Below, piece after piece: positions 1-7,774 of a stretch of DNA of 64,000 nt (position 1 is its first letter; every line of letters starts with the position of its first letter). This DNA comes from a virus. Lineage: Duplodnaviria > Caudoviricetes. The position numbers and the translations under genes are program-made. Location of the stretch: the IMG/VR virus record IMGVR_UViG_3300028888_000054; one strand, 5' to 3'. The notes under the pieces were generated by a model, which ran no database searches, had not been told where the DNA came from, and was given only the letters and a program-made list of their open reading frames with translations.

Positions 1-189
1 TAGTCTTTTTATCAACTGCTCTTTTGTTGCTTTTTTTTCATCAATTTCCATTTCTTCCGCAAAACTTGTTATTTTTAATGGATTTAAACACTCAAACTGA
101 TAAGCTTCTGTTTTTGGTGTAGAACAAAACACCCCCGAAGAAAACTCATCTTTATATATTGCGTTTGGTAAATCAACAAAATTTTTCAT
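1..189 (-). CDS. Hypothetical protein, runs off window edge (MKNFVDLPNAIYKDEFSSG...)
   Basis: ATG at 189 with an open frame to position 1; sigma70-like TTGACT-17-TAAAAT at 199-227 just upstream. Confidence 0.6.
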   Translation of the reverse strand, partial: MKNFVDLPNAIYKDEFSSGVFCSTPKTEAYQFECLNPLKITSFAEEMEIDEKKATKEQLIKRL

Positions 190-215
190 CTTAGATAAAT
201 TTTACAACATAAAAT

Positions 216-250
216 AAAAAAAGTCAACACTGTAAGATGTTGACTTTTTT
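216..250 (-). terminator. Intrinsic terminator overlapping the -35 of the next promoter
   Basis: AAGTCAACA / TGTTGACTT inverted repeat flanked by A/T tracts. Confidence 0.7.
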
Positions 251-305
251 AAGGAGGCCGAGAATGAGTGAAAATTTAAAATCTTCTCATCCATTCTTGA
301 TTAAC

Positions 306-755
306 TTATGTTATTACCTCATCTATACTTTGGAAAATTGGGCAATTCTTTATACCGCCAGAATCATAATGCTTTTTCTTTTCTACGCAATATAAAAAAT
401 CACCTTCTTTTTTACATTTGTTGCAATATACACAACCCTTAAATGGTGGTAAATAAAATTCACAATTGATAATTATTGAAGAGCTATCAAATTGTCCAAA
501 ATTATTTGTATAAATCATTACGATTTTGTCTTCATATTCTACTCTTTTTTGGAAAGAACTGCTGCTCAAAAGCTCTTTATCTATAAGTTTTTCTAGTTTT
601 CGTTTTAAACAAAATCTTTGATCATAAGCATATTTTAAATACTTTTTATTTGTTGTTTTAAATGAAAAAACTTGCTCAACTATATCTTCTTTTAGGTTAT
701 ATGTTATACTTACAAAAAATGGTATTTTCTTTGCTATTTTTAATTTTGTTGCCAT
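306..755 (-). CDS. Hypothetical protein with C-terminal Cys cluster; probable leaderless start at 755 (MATK)
   Basis: ORF track 306..770; CxxCxxC...C...C motif; TTGACT-16-TATAAT at 762-789 ends 6 nt before ATG 755. Confidence 0.65.
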   Translation of the reverse strand: MATKLKIAKKIPFFVSITYNLKEDIVEQVFSFKTTNKKYLKYAYDQRFCLKRKLEKLIDKELLSSSSFQKRVEYEDKIVMIYTNNFGQFDSSSIIINCEFYLPPFKGCVYCNKCKKEGDFLYCVEKKKHYDSGGIKNCPIFQSIDEVIT

Positions 756-790
756 AACTCTATTATACACATATTTAAAAAAAAGTCAAT

Positions 791-816
791 AAAAAAGGCT
801 ACCATTTCTGGTAGCC
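791..816 (-). terminator. Intrinsic terminator
   Basis: GGCTACCA-GAAA-TGGTAGCC followed by T6 on the minus strand. Confidence 0.8.
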
Positions 817-838
817 CAAGAGGTAAAATATGACAATC

Positions 839-994
839 TTAAAGATAGTCTGGGCGATGCTCACCCACAACTTCTTTTCCAAATGTTTCATTTTGATACT
901 GCTGATCGTAATTTCTAAATATATTTAAAAGACTTTCAAGCAGTTCGTTTGTCTTTTTTTGTTCTTGTATTAGAACTTTTAATAACTCTTCCAT
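839..994 (-). CDS. Small hypothetical protein, 51 aa (MEELLKVLIQEQKKTNELL...)
   Basis: Read manually; ATG overlaps the upstream stop (TAATG). Confidence 0.6.
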   Translation of the reverse strand: MEELLKVLIQEQKKTNELLESLLNIFRNYDQQYQNETFGKEVVGEHRPDYL

Positions 995-1293
995 TAAGAA
1001 TCCTCTTCTACGTCTACTTCCTCTTCGGAATCCTCTTCAGCGTCACCACTTCTAATGTTTTCCATTGCTGCCCAAATGTCTTCTTCCTCTTCAGCAGCTC
1101 CATTATAGTATTTTTGCATAAGTTTGAAAAGTTTTCCAACTTGACCAATTTTACAATCAAGAATGTCTTTTACGGATTCTTTGGCTGCTTTCTCAGCTTC
1201 TGCAAGTTCTTTCTTTTCGTCTTGAAGCTCCAACCAAGCACTAAACTGTGCCTTTACTTTTTTCTTATCTTCTGCGCTTAAATTATAATTCAT
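994..1293 (-). CDS. Putative dsDNA-binding protein (T4 DsbA/GapR-like) with acidic tail
   Basis: Size and helical pattern resemble DsbA; close to RNase H and gp59-like genes as in T4. Confidence 0.45.
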   Translation of the reverse strand: MNYNLSAEDKKKVKAQFSAWLELQDEKKELAEAEKAAKESVKDILDCKIGQVGKLFKLMQKYYNGAAEEEEDIWAAMENIRSGDAEEDSEEEVDVEEDS

Positions 1294-1568
1294 TATTTAC
1301 CCTCTTTTGTTTTATTTTCTTTACACTTATCCATCTGCTGACGCATATAAGCAGCATACTGCTGAATTGCTTGCTGCATCATTACAGAGCCAGTTTCATC
1401 CTGATAAAGGCGATTTTGAGCAAGTTTTTTTACAGGATTAAAAAGCTGTAAGTGTCCATCGCTACAAGCAACTAATCCAGTTTCAGACTCTCTTCTCATT
1501 TTCTTTAGCATTTTTCCGCTAATTTCATCTCTTCTTCTTTCTCTCTTTTCTCTACTTTTTCTTCCCAT
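1293..1568 (-). CDS. Hypothetical basic protein
   Basis: ORF with AGGAG RBS, coupled to the next gene. Confidence 0.6.
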   Translation of the reverse strand: MGRKSREKRERRRDEISGKMLKKMRRESETGLVACSDGHLQLFNPVKKLAQNRLYQDETGSVMMQQAIQQYAAYMRQQMDKCKENKTKEGK

Positions 1569-1599
1569 ATTTTTATTTTACTCCTATTTGTATTTTTTG

Positions 1600-2547
1600 T
1601 CAATCATTAAGTAAAGCCATAATTTCATCTTCAGCAGAAATTTCGTTGTCGCCATTAAGCATCATACTTATTTCACCCGAAACTGAAGCCCATTCATCCA
1701 AACATTTTCTAAGCGCGTGTTCAAAGAAAAAAGCTTCAACACCCTGCGAATTAAATTCGTGATAATCTTCCTTTTCAAATTCTTCTATTATTTTATCGTG
1801 ATATTCTTTTGGGTATCTACGCAAATCAACAATGTCAAGAATTGTTTCATAAAGTGTTGCATTATCACCCTTTCCCATAATTTTAGCCCATTCTGTTTTA
1901 TCTGTCAACATCTTTTCGAATGTTTTTCCGCCAACTCTTGGCAAACCTTTAATGTTATCAGAGGTATCGCCAACAATAGCTTTTTCAACAATAATGTTTT
2001 TATTATAATTTTCAGCAGTTGTAACTGCCACACATTTTGAGTTAGTTTGGCTCATTGGATTATAAACAGAAACACCGTCAAAGAAACCACAAATCTGCGT
2101 AAGGTCTTTATCTGACGAAACAATATTAACCTGCTCATCTTTAGAAGTAAAATACTCAGTGAGTTTATAGATTACATCATCACCTTCGCAATTTTCTACT
2201 TCCATTACTTTACAATGAAAGTTTTTAAGTAAATCTTTATAATCATTTATAAGCGGCCCAACTAAAGCATAGTTAGGATCTTCTTTTGAAGCCGCTCTGT
2301 TCTCCTTATAAAGCGGATACTTTTGTTTTCTCCAAGCAGTAGAATGCTTACCTTCAAAACAAAAAATCAAATCTTTATAGGCGGTTAAATAATCTTTTGA
2401 TTTCTTAAATAACATATGATAGAAAAGCCCCAAATCTTCTTTTTTTATTACATAATTAAGATCGTGGTTTTTTTCCTGCATCATTCTTTTAAACGCGCCC
2501 CAAGTTATAAAAAATAGGTTACTACCATCAACTAAACATACTTGCAT
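1600..2547 (-). CDS. rnh: T4 RNase H-like 5'-3' exonuclease (FEN family)
   Basis: LVDGSN, WRKQKYPLYKENR, EGDDVI, SSDKDL, GDTSDNIKG motifs. Confidence 0.92.
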   Translation of the reverse strand: MQVCLVDGSNLFFITWGAFKRMMQEKNHDLNYVIKKEDLGLFYHMLFKKSKDYLTAYKDLIFCFEGKHSTAWRKQKYPLYKENRAASKEDPNYALVGPLINDYKDLLKNFHCKVMEVENCEGDDVIYKLTEYFTSKDEQVNIVSSDKDLTQICGFFDGVSVYNPMSQTNSKCVAVTTAENYNKNIIVEKAIVGDTSDNIKGLPRVGGKTFEKMLTDKTEWAKIMGKGDNATLYETILDIVDLRRYPKEYHDKIIEEFEKEDYHEFNSQGVEAFFFEHALRKCLDEWASVSGEISMMLNGDNEISAEDEIMALLND

Positions 2548-3176
2548 TATACCTCCATAAAATCATCTTCTAGTTTTTCTTTTATTTTATCTAAAAGTTT
2601 TTCATATTTTTTTATTATAGATTGTTCTTTATTAAAGTCAATAAGCATACCGTTCTTTTTTGCAAACTCCATAAAAGATTTAGAAAAACAATACACGCAT
2701 AAATCAATACTGTCTTCCGCATAAGAATTTACAACTCTATTGCTTAAAATTGGATTATTTAACACATCGGCGATTTTTCTTCCGTTAAGAAAAACAAAAA
2801 AAAGTTTAACTCTCTCAATCAAATCTTTATAAAACGTATCTTTTATTTTAATACTTTCAACTTTATTTCTTTCATAAGCTTTCCAAGCTGCGCTAGAAAC
2901 AATTTGCGGCGGATACGGAAAATCTACATTATAGTCAATACTATATTTTACACTTAGATCTATAAATTTTTTATAATTAAAGCTCTCATCTAGTTTATGC
3001 TCTTCTATAAGTTTTTTAAAATACTTTAAATTTTTTGGTAAAAATTTATTTTCATATTGCCAGCCGAATAATTTTTTTATTTCATCTTCGTGAAGCACGA
3101 CATCTGGGTCTATATGCCTTTTGATATAATAATTAAAAAAATAATAACTACTTATCTTGTAAGCTAAGTCTTCCAT
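2547..3176 (-). CDS. Putative helicase loader (T4 gp59-like)
   Basis: 209 aa; YYIKRH and KYFKKLIEEHKL resemble gp59 YLMIKQH and KYFFQKLSEKYKL; same gene neighbourhood as in T4. Confidence 0.5.
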   Translation of the reverse strand: MEDLAYKISSYYFFNYYIKRHIDPDVVLHEDEIKKLFGWQYENKFLPKNLKYFKKLIEEHKLDESFNYKKFIDLSVKYSIDYNVDFPYPPQIVSSAAWKAYERNKVESIKIKDTFYKDLIERVKLFFVFLNGRKIADVLNNPILSNRVVNSYAEDSIDLCVYCFSKSFMEFAKKNGMLIDFNKEQSIIKKYEKLLDKIKEKLEDDFMEV

Positions 3177-3417
3177 TTTTCACATCCTCTTCTATAAGCT
3201 TTTTATGCGCATTATATATTTTTTCGATTTCTTTCCAATTTACTGTTTTGGCAAAATGTTTTGTAAAGCACAAAATGTTAGGATTTTCATTCCCATTCAT
3301 TGGCCCAACCCCGCACTGTTCAAACTGACGAAAATTGGCGGCCCAATCGTATGTTTTTCTTAATTTTTCGTCAATACCCATAACTGGGCAAGTTTCACAA
3401 TTATCACATTTACTCAT
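3148..3417 (-). CDS. Small Cys-rich hypothetical protein, leaderless
   Basis: N-terminal CxxCxxC; TTGACA-16-TATAAT at 3425-3452. Confidence 0.65.
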   Translation of the reverse strand: MSKCDNCETCPVMGIDEKLRKTYDWAANFRQFEQCGVGPMNGNENPNILCFTKHFAKTVNWKEIEKIYNAHKKLIEEDVKNGRLSLQDK

Positions 3418-3453
3418 ATAATAAATTATATAATTATATAATTTATTGTCAAT

Positions 3454-3480
3454 AAAAAAAGCGGTGCATTTCTACACCGC
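3454..3480 (-). terminator. Intrinsic terminator
   Basis: GCGGTG(T)A-GAAA-TGCACCGC plus T7. Confidence 0.75.
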
Positions 3481-3555
3481 CAAGGATATATATAAACAAA
3501 ATGGTGTTATAAGGTAAACGAATTAGCTACCGTTCATTTACCGCCATTAAGAGCT

Positions 3556-3879
3556 CTACTGGTTTGCTGTTTGTCCAACGCCAGGCTGGCTTGCCATCTG
3601 ACCAGTTGCCATTTGTTGCTGAGGCTGTTGAACTTGCTGAGGCTGCTGAGCCTGTTGAATTTGCTGAGCCTGTTGAGCCTGCATTGCTTCTGTTTGTTTT
3701 TGTTTTAATTGCTGAGCAACTAATTGCTGAAATGACTGAAATGGCTTCAATAAATCTGGGTTATTTTTTAAGCTCATTGCAGTTTGCTCGTTTTGCTTGT
3801 TTAATTTGTCTAAGTTTTGAATTTCTTTTGCTATAAGTGTTGGATCCAAAGCTTCATTTACCAATTGTTTCAATGTCAT
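3556..3879 (-). CDS. Gln-rich hypothetical protein, possible internal head protein; start probably 3879 (MTLKQLVNEAL)
   Basis: GGAG RBS, ATGA overlap with the upstream gene, Q-rich C-terminus. Confidence 0.6.
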   Translation of the reverse strand: MTLKQLVNEALDPTLIAKEIQNLDKLNKQNEQTAMSLKNNPDLLKPFQSFQQLVAQQLKQKQTEAMQAQQAQQIQQAQQPQQVQQPQQQMATGQMASQPGVGQTANQ

Positions 3880-4253
3880 ATTATATCTCTCCATATCCTA
3901 GCTGGACCCGTAAGTCCAAAAGCATTTAGTATATTTTTTGCTTCCGCAGAAGTTAAAAATCTTTCATCTTCAATTATCTTTTCTTCGTTGTTTTCATCGT
4001 TTTCAATTACATCTTTGTCGGTTCCGTCATATTCTGAATCATCCTTTTCTAACTCTGGGCTTGGTTCTGACTCAACAATTGGTTCTTCAATAATTCTGTC
4101 TTCTGGAAGTTTGTCAAAGTCAAAATCATCAAACTCGTAAAAACACTCGTTCCCCTCGCTATCTATACAGCGAATCAAACCGTCATCTGTTTTAGATAAC
4201 GGTGTTACAAGAGAACCATTTAATAAATCTGACAATTCGTTATATTTAAACAT
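3876..4253 (-). CDS. Acidic hypothetical protein
   Basis: ORF track; overlaps both neighbours. Confidence 0.6.
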   Translation of the reverse strand: MFKYNELSDLLNGSLVTPLSKTDDGLIRCIDSEGNECFYEFDDFDFDKLPEDRIIEEPIVESEPSPELEKDDSEYDGTDKDVIENDENNEEKIIEDERFLTSAEAKNILNAFGLTGPARIWRDII

Positions 4254-5406
4254 TGTTTTTTCTATAAATACTTGCTAAAATTTGCATACAGCGTGCCCAC
4301 TCACCCTCTGTCATTATCTTTGGAAACTTATATGTCTTTCCATTAATCTTTATATTAACAGGGCCATAGTTTACACCTTTATAGCTGATCCAGCCGCTAT
4401 TATTTTGAGCTTTTCTATTTTGCTCAGCTTCCCAGCCCGCAGCATCTTTGTAATCTTCTGGGCAAGGTCTTTTTATATATGGAGCAATCAAACCTTTAAT
4501 ATGATCACCTCTAATAACAGCGATATATCTTGTTTCATCTGGTCTATCTTTATAATTAGATTTAAATTTTCTAGAAGTATTTTGAACATCTGTGATTTGA
4601 TGTAATTGTGTTCCTCCATTTCTTTCTACGGATTTAAAAGTAACAAAAGTTTTAGCACCATTGTCTGTTACAAACCAGAAGTCATTACTTTTTGAAAGCT
4701 CGTTAAGGTTAAACCTTCTAGCATCTGAACGATTTACAATTTTGTTTGCTCCGTCGCTTTTTTCTTGATAAACTTCTGGCATATTTTTTACCAAAATATT
4801 GTAATCTTTGGCAGAAACAGTAACGTAATTACCTTGAGCACCATATGTGTTTCTTTCGCCCGTCATTTTTTCAGCTTCTTTGTAGCCTAATTTATTAAGG
4901 TATTCTTTTGTTCTTTTTTCCGTTAATCTCTCTTCTGTATTTTGCTGCCAAGGTTTAATAGCCAAAGACTTAATCATTACTTTCTTCCATCTTTCTGGAA
5001 TTTCTGGTCCTTTTCCATGTATAGCCGCACTAAAATTTCTTAGATCGGCATTTGTAGGATTAAAATCTTTTGAAATGTTTTTGTGTAAAAAATTTTCAAC
5101 ACTCTTTTTAAAGTTTTCGTCGGTACTTGTAATTTTTTCTATATTATCATCTTCTGTCTTTTTTCTCTCAGATTCTAGTTCTTCTTCTGTTTTTTGATGT
5201 ATTAAATCTGATTTTGTGTTATAACGATACAAATCTTTTTTTAAAATTTTAGCCTTTTGAACATCTTCTGGCTTTGCGCCTGCCCTTTCACCTTTTTTTA
5301 TGGCTTTTAAATCTCTTCTATAATTAGCCTCCCTTTCAGGGTCTCTCTTGAGCATTGTTGCTAAATTTACTTCTGATAATATATATTCTACTTCATTAAA
5401 GTCCAT
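4246..5406 (-). CDS. Putative PD-(D/E)XK restriction-type endonuclease with long N-terminal extension
   Basis: KSNDF...FKSVERNGGTQLHQITDV...YIAVIRGD pattern; directly downstream of a DNA methyltransferase. Confidence 0.5.
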   Translation of the reverse strand: MDFNEVEYILSEVNLATMLKRDPEREANYRRDLKAIKKGERAGAKPEDVQKAKILKKDLYRYNTKSDLIHQKTEEELESERKKTEDDNIEKITSTDENFKKSVENFLHKNISKDFNPTNADLRNFSAAIHGKGPEIPERWKKVMIKSLAIKPWQQNTEERLTEKRTKEYLNKLGYKEAEKMTGERNTYGAQGNYVTVSAKDYNILVKNMPEVYQEKSDGANKIVNRSDARRFNLNELSKSNDFWFVTDNGAKTFVTFKSVERNGGTQLHQITDVQNTSRKFKSNYKDRPDETRYIAVIRGDHIKGLIAPYIKRPCPEDYKDAAGWEAEQNRKAQNNSGWISYKGVNYGPVNIKINGKTYKFPKIMTEGEWARCMQILASIYRKNNV

Positions 5407-5415
5407 GTAATTAAC

Positions 5416-6390
5416 TTATGAGATTTTTAATAACATTGTGCATATTTTATAAACATCATCTAAAGAAATTCGTTTTCTACCATGATCTCTATAATTAGTA
5501 AAAATCAAATCTCCATAAAAGTATCTGTTTCCATCTACAAAAGCATTAAACTCATTTACTAATTTTATTTGTTGTTCTGGGGTTAAATCCTTTTCGCATT
5601 TTAAAGTAGCAAAAATTCTGTCATTCTTTTGCCCCTTATAAACATATCCTGGTTTATATTCTAGGCCAAAATGTTTGGTTCGAGTATCTAAACATCTAAC
5701 GTAAATATTAGTATTTGCTGGCTCGTCACCAATCACGCGCGAAAATATAGATTTAGTTCTTTTAAAGAAATCAAAAATTTCCCCACCAATCCTATAGCCA
5801 TATTTTCCATTTAAGCTGATTGGTATTTTATTACCGTTTCCCCCATTATTAAAAACAACTATACTGTTATCTTCCTGCTTGCCTTTTTTAAAATGAAAAG
5901 AACAAACATTGTAAGTAGTGTTTTTAAATACTTGATATGTAAAATAGTTTACATAATCCACATGATACTGAGAAAAGAATTTTTCTCTTACTTCTCTTGT
6001 TGCTTCGTCTGTAAAAAAATTAAGTGGGATAATTAAAATTCCTTCTTCACAGCCCATTATGCTTAATATAGAAGCTTTATACAAATCATCGGTTTGATAC
6101 TTATCAAAAATTTCTTTAAATTGATCTGTTTTATTTTTTGCCAAATAAGGTGGATTTGTAATTACAACTTTACCTGTATAATCAATTGGATTTAATAAAC
6201 TATCTCTATACTTTACTCTTGGGTCTTTTACATCTATATCGTAAAGTTCCCAATTTGTGTTTGGGGAGTATTCAAAAAGATCGCAAGCGCCCGCAAAAGG
6301 GTCTACTGCCTCTTGCGGGTAAAAATCTATCCCTTGTAAAATTTCTTTATAGTTTTCTGTAAAATGCTGCGTTTTTTTTAAATCACTCAT
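5416..6390 (-). CDS. N6-adenine DNA methyltransferase
   Basis: Motif I VDPFAGxxDL precedes motif IV ITNPPY. Confidence 0.88.
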   Translation of the reverse strand: MSDLKKTQHFTENYKEILQGIDFYPQEAVDPFAGACDLFEYSPNTNWELYDIDVKDPRVKYRDSLLNPIDYTGKVVITNPPYLAKNKTDQFKEIFDKYQTDDLYKASILSIMGCEEGILIIPLNFFTDEATREVREKFFSQYHVDYVNYFTYQVFKNTTYNVCSFHFKKGKQEDNSIVVFNNGGNGNKIPISLNGKYGYRIGGEIFDFFKRTKSIFSRVIGDEPANTNIYVRCLDTRTKHFGLEYKPGYVYKGQKNDRIFATLKCEKDLTPEQQIKLVNEFNAFVDGNRYFYGDLIFTNYRDHGRKRISLDDVYKICTMLLKIS

Positions 6391-6694
6391 TGCTAAACTT
6401 CCTATTTAGAAATGCCTGAACAGCGTTCCAAGAAGTTTCGGCTGGAAAGTGAAGAATTTCTACAATAGAGCATCTTTCGGTAATAATAATTGTTAACCCT
6501 TTTGTTCCTTTTTCATAACCGAAAACGTCAAACTCTGGTGTCATTGTAAATTCTATATAATTGTCTTCATTATTTATTTCTGAGTATGAAACTGTTTCCG
6601 TATTGTAGGCCACATCTTCATCCAATTTATATCCCTGAATTTTAAACTGAGATAAATCAGCAAAACCAATTGTTTCAACATCTACTCCTACCAT
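6383..6694 (-). CDS. Hypothetical protein
   Basis: ORF with AGGAG RBS inside an operon. Confidence 0.6.
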   Translation of the reverse strand: MVGVDVETIGFADLSQFKIQGYKLDEDVAYNTETVSYSEINNEDNYIEFTMTPEFDVFGYEKGTKGLTIIITERCSIVEILHFPAETSWNAVQAFLNRKFSNE

Positions 6695-6703
6695 AATTAT
6701 CTC

Positions 6704-6880
6704 CTAAAAATGATCTACAAATTCTTGATTTATTTTTTCAAGAAACTCTTCTAAAATCTTATAATCATAAAACTGCAATCTTAGTTCTACTTGTCCAGCG
6801 CCTTCTTCCACTGCAGACAGTATATCAACTTTATCGTCACATTCTTCACTTGTCAGGAAATTTAACGCATCTTTTGTCAT
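6704..6880 (-). CDS. Small hypothetical protein, 58 aa (MTKDALNFLTSEEC...)
   Basis: Read manually; ATGA overlap with the upstream gene; fills the operon gap. Confidence 0.6.
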   Translation of the reverse strand: MTKDALNFLTSEECDDKVDILSAVEEGAGQVELRLQFYDYKILEEFLEKINQEFVDHF

Positions 6881-7347
6881 GGGTGTTCCGCCTCTCCAAA
6901 CACTGGTTTTATGTAATAAATATGATCACTTGGCGCAGCCATAGGTTGCTCACTGATTAAGGGTGGAAGCTTAATTATAGGAATAGTATATTTCTTTAAA
7001 GATTTTTCTTGTTCCTTTTTCTCTTGTTTAAAAACTTCTACATTTCGTTCTTCTTCGAAATCTTCAGCATAACCTTCTTCAAAGTCTTCTACATAGTGCC
7101 CATCATATTCTCTTATAATTTCTTGAACTTCTTGTTCTTGTTGTTCTTCTTTCAAAAAACTATCAGCAACATCTCCAAAAAGAGGGCCCTTTTTTACCAT
7201 TTCTTGATAAGAGTTTTCAAGCATTTGTGCAGTGTTAAATCTTTCTATGTCATTATCAATGTCTTTTGTGAGCCAAGACCATCTTGCCTTTATTTTATCT
7301 ACTTGAGATTGCTGTGCTGTATCTACCTCTCTTTTAGTCATCTCCAA
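6877..7347 (-). CDS. Truncated paralog of the major capsid protein N-terminus
   Basis: RWSWLTKDIDNDIERFNTAQMLENSY vs MCP RWSWITEDIEDAETRLNTQLVLENSY; LISEQPMAAPSDHIYYI vs LVSVQPIQQPTGVIYYI. Confidence 0.8.
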   Translation of the reverse strand: MEMTKREVDTAQQSQVDKIKARWSWLTKDIDNDIERFNTAQMLENSYQEMVKKGPLFGDVADSFLKEEQQEQEVQEIIREYDGHYVEDFEEGYAEDFEEERNVEVFKQEKKEQEKSLKKYTIPIIKLPPLISEQPMAAPSDHIYYIKPVFGEAEHP

Positions 7348-7774
7348 AATCCTTTACATAGTGCTGCCCTGGATCGAGCTCTTTATCTTCTGGTTCTAGT
7401 GCTTGCGACATAACTGGAGAAGAAGTATAATATACTGGATTTACCCCATACATCCCCGTCTGGGCAGAATTACGGCATGCCCACATAAATGAAGACGCAA
7501 CTTGCGGATCAAAAAAGCGTATTCGAACTTCAGCTGCTTGCATATTAGGGTCGTATCCTGCAGCCTCTATGTTACAACTTTCAAGCATCCATGAGTTTGG
7601 ATTATTTAATAAAACTTCTGCAATATTTTGACTACTGAGCGTCATTGCTTGCTGCTGCACTTGTGCCCTAAGATTAGACATATCTGCTAAATAATCTTGA
7701 TAAACACCGATACTTGACGTAAGTTCTATATTATTTCTTTTTAAAGCTTCTATAACTTTTTGCGAAATCCCCAC
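7334..7774 (-). CDS. Hypothetical protein with weak KTSC-like segment
   Basis: GTG start overlaps the upstream TAG; SCNIEAAGYDP...EVRIRF weakly resembles a KTSC N-terminus. Confidence 0.5.
   Translation of the reverse strand: MGISQKVIEALKRNNIELTSSIGVYQDYLADMSNLRAQVQQQAMTLSSQNIAEVLLNNPNSWMLESCNIEAAGYDPNMQAAEVRIRFFDPQVASSFMWACRNSAQTGMYGVNPVYYTSSPVMSQALEPEDKELDPGQHYVKDFGDD

Noticed and set aside
3420-3447. 28-bp perfect palindrome in a promoter
   Set aside because: Purely A/T low-complexity sequence; could be an operator but not supportable
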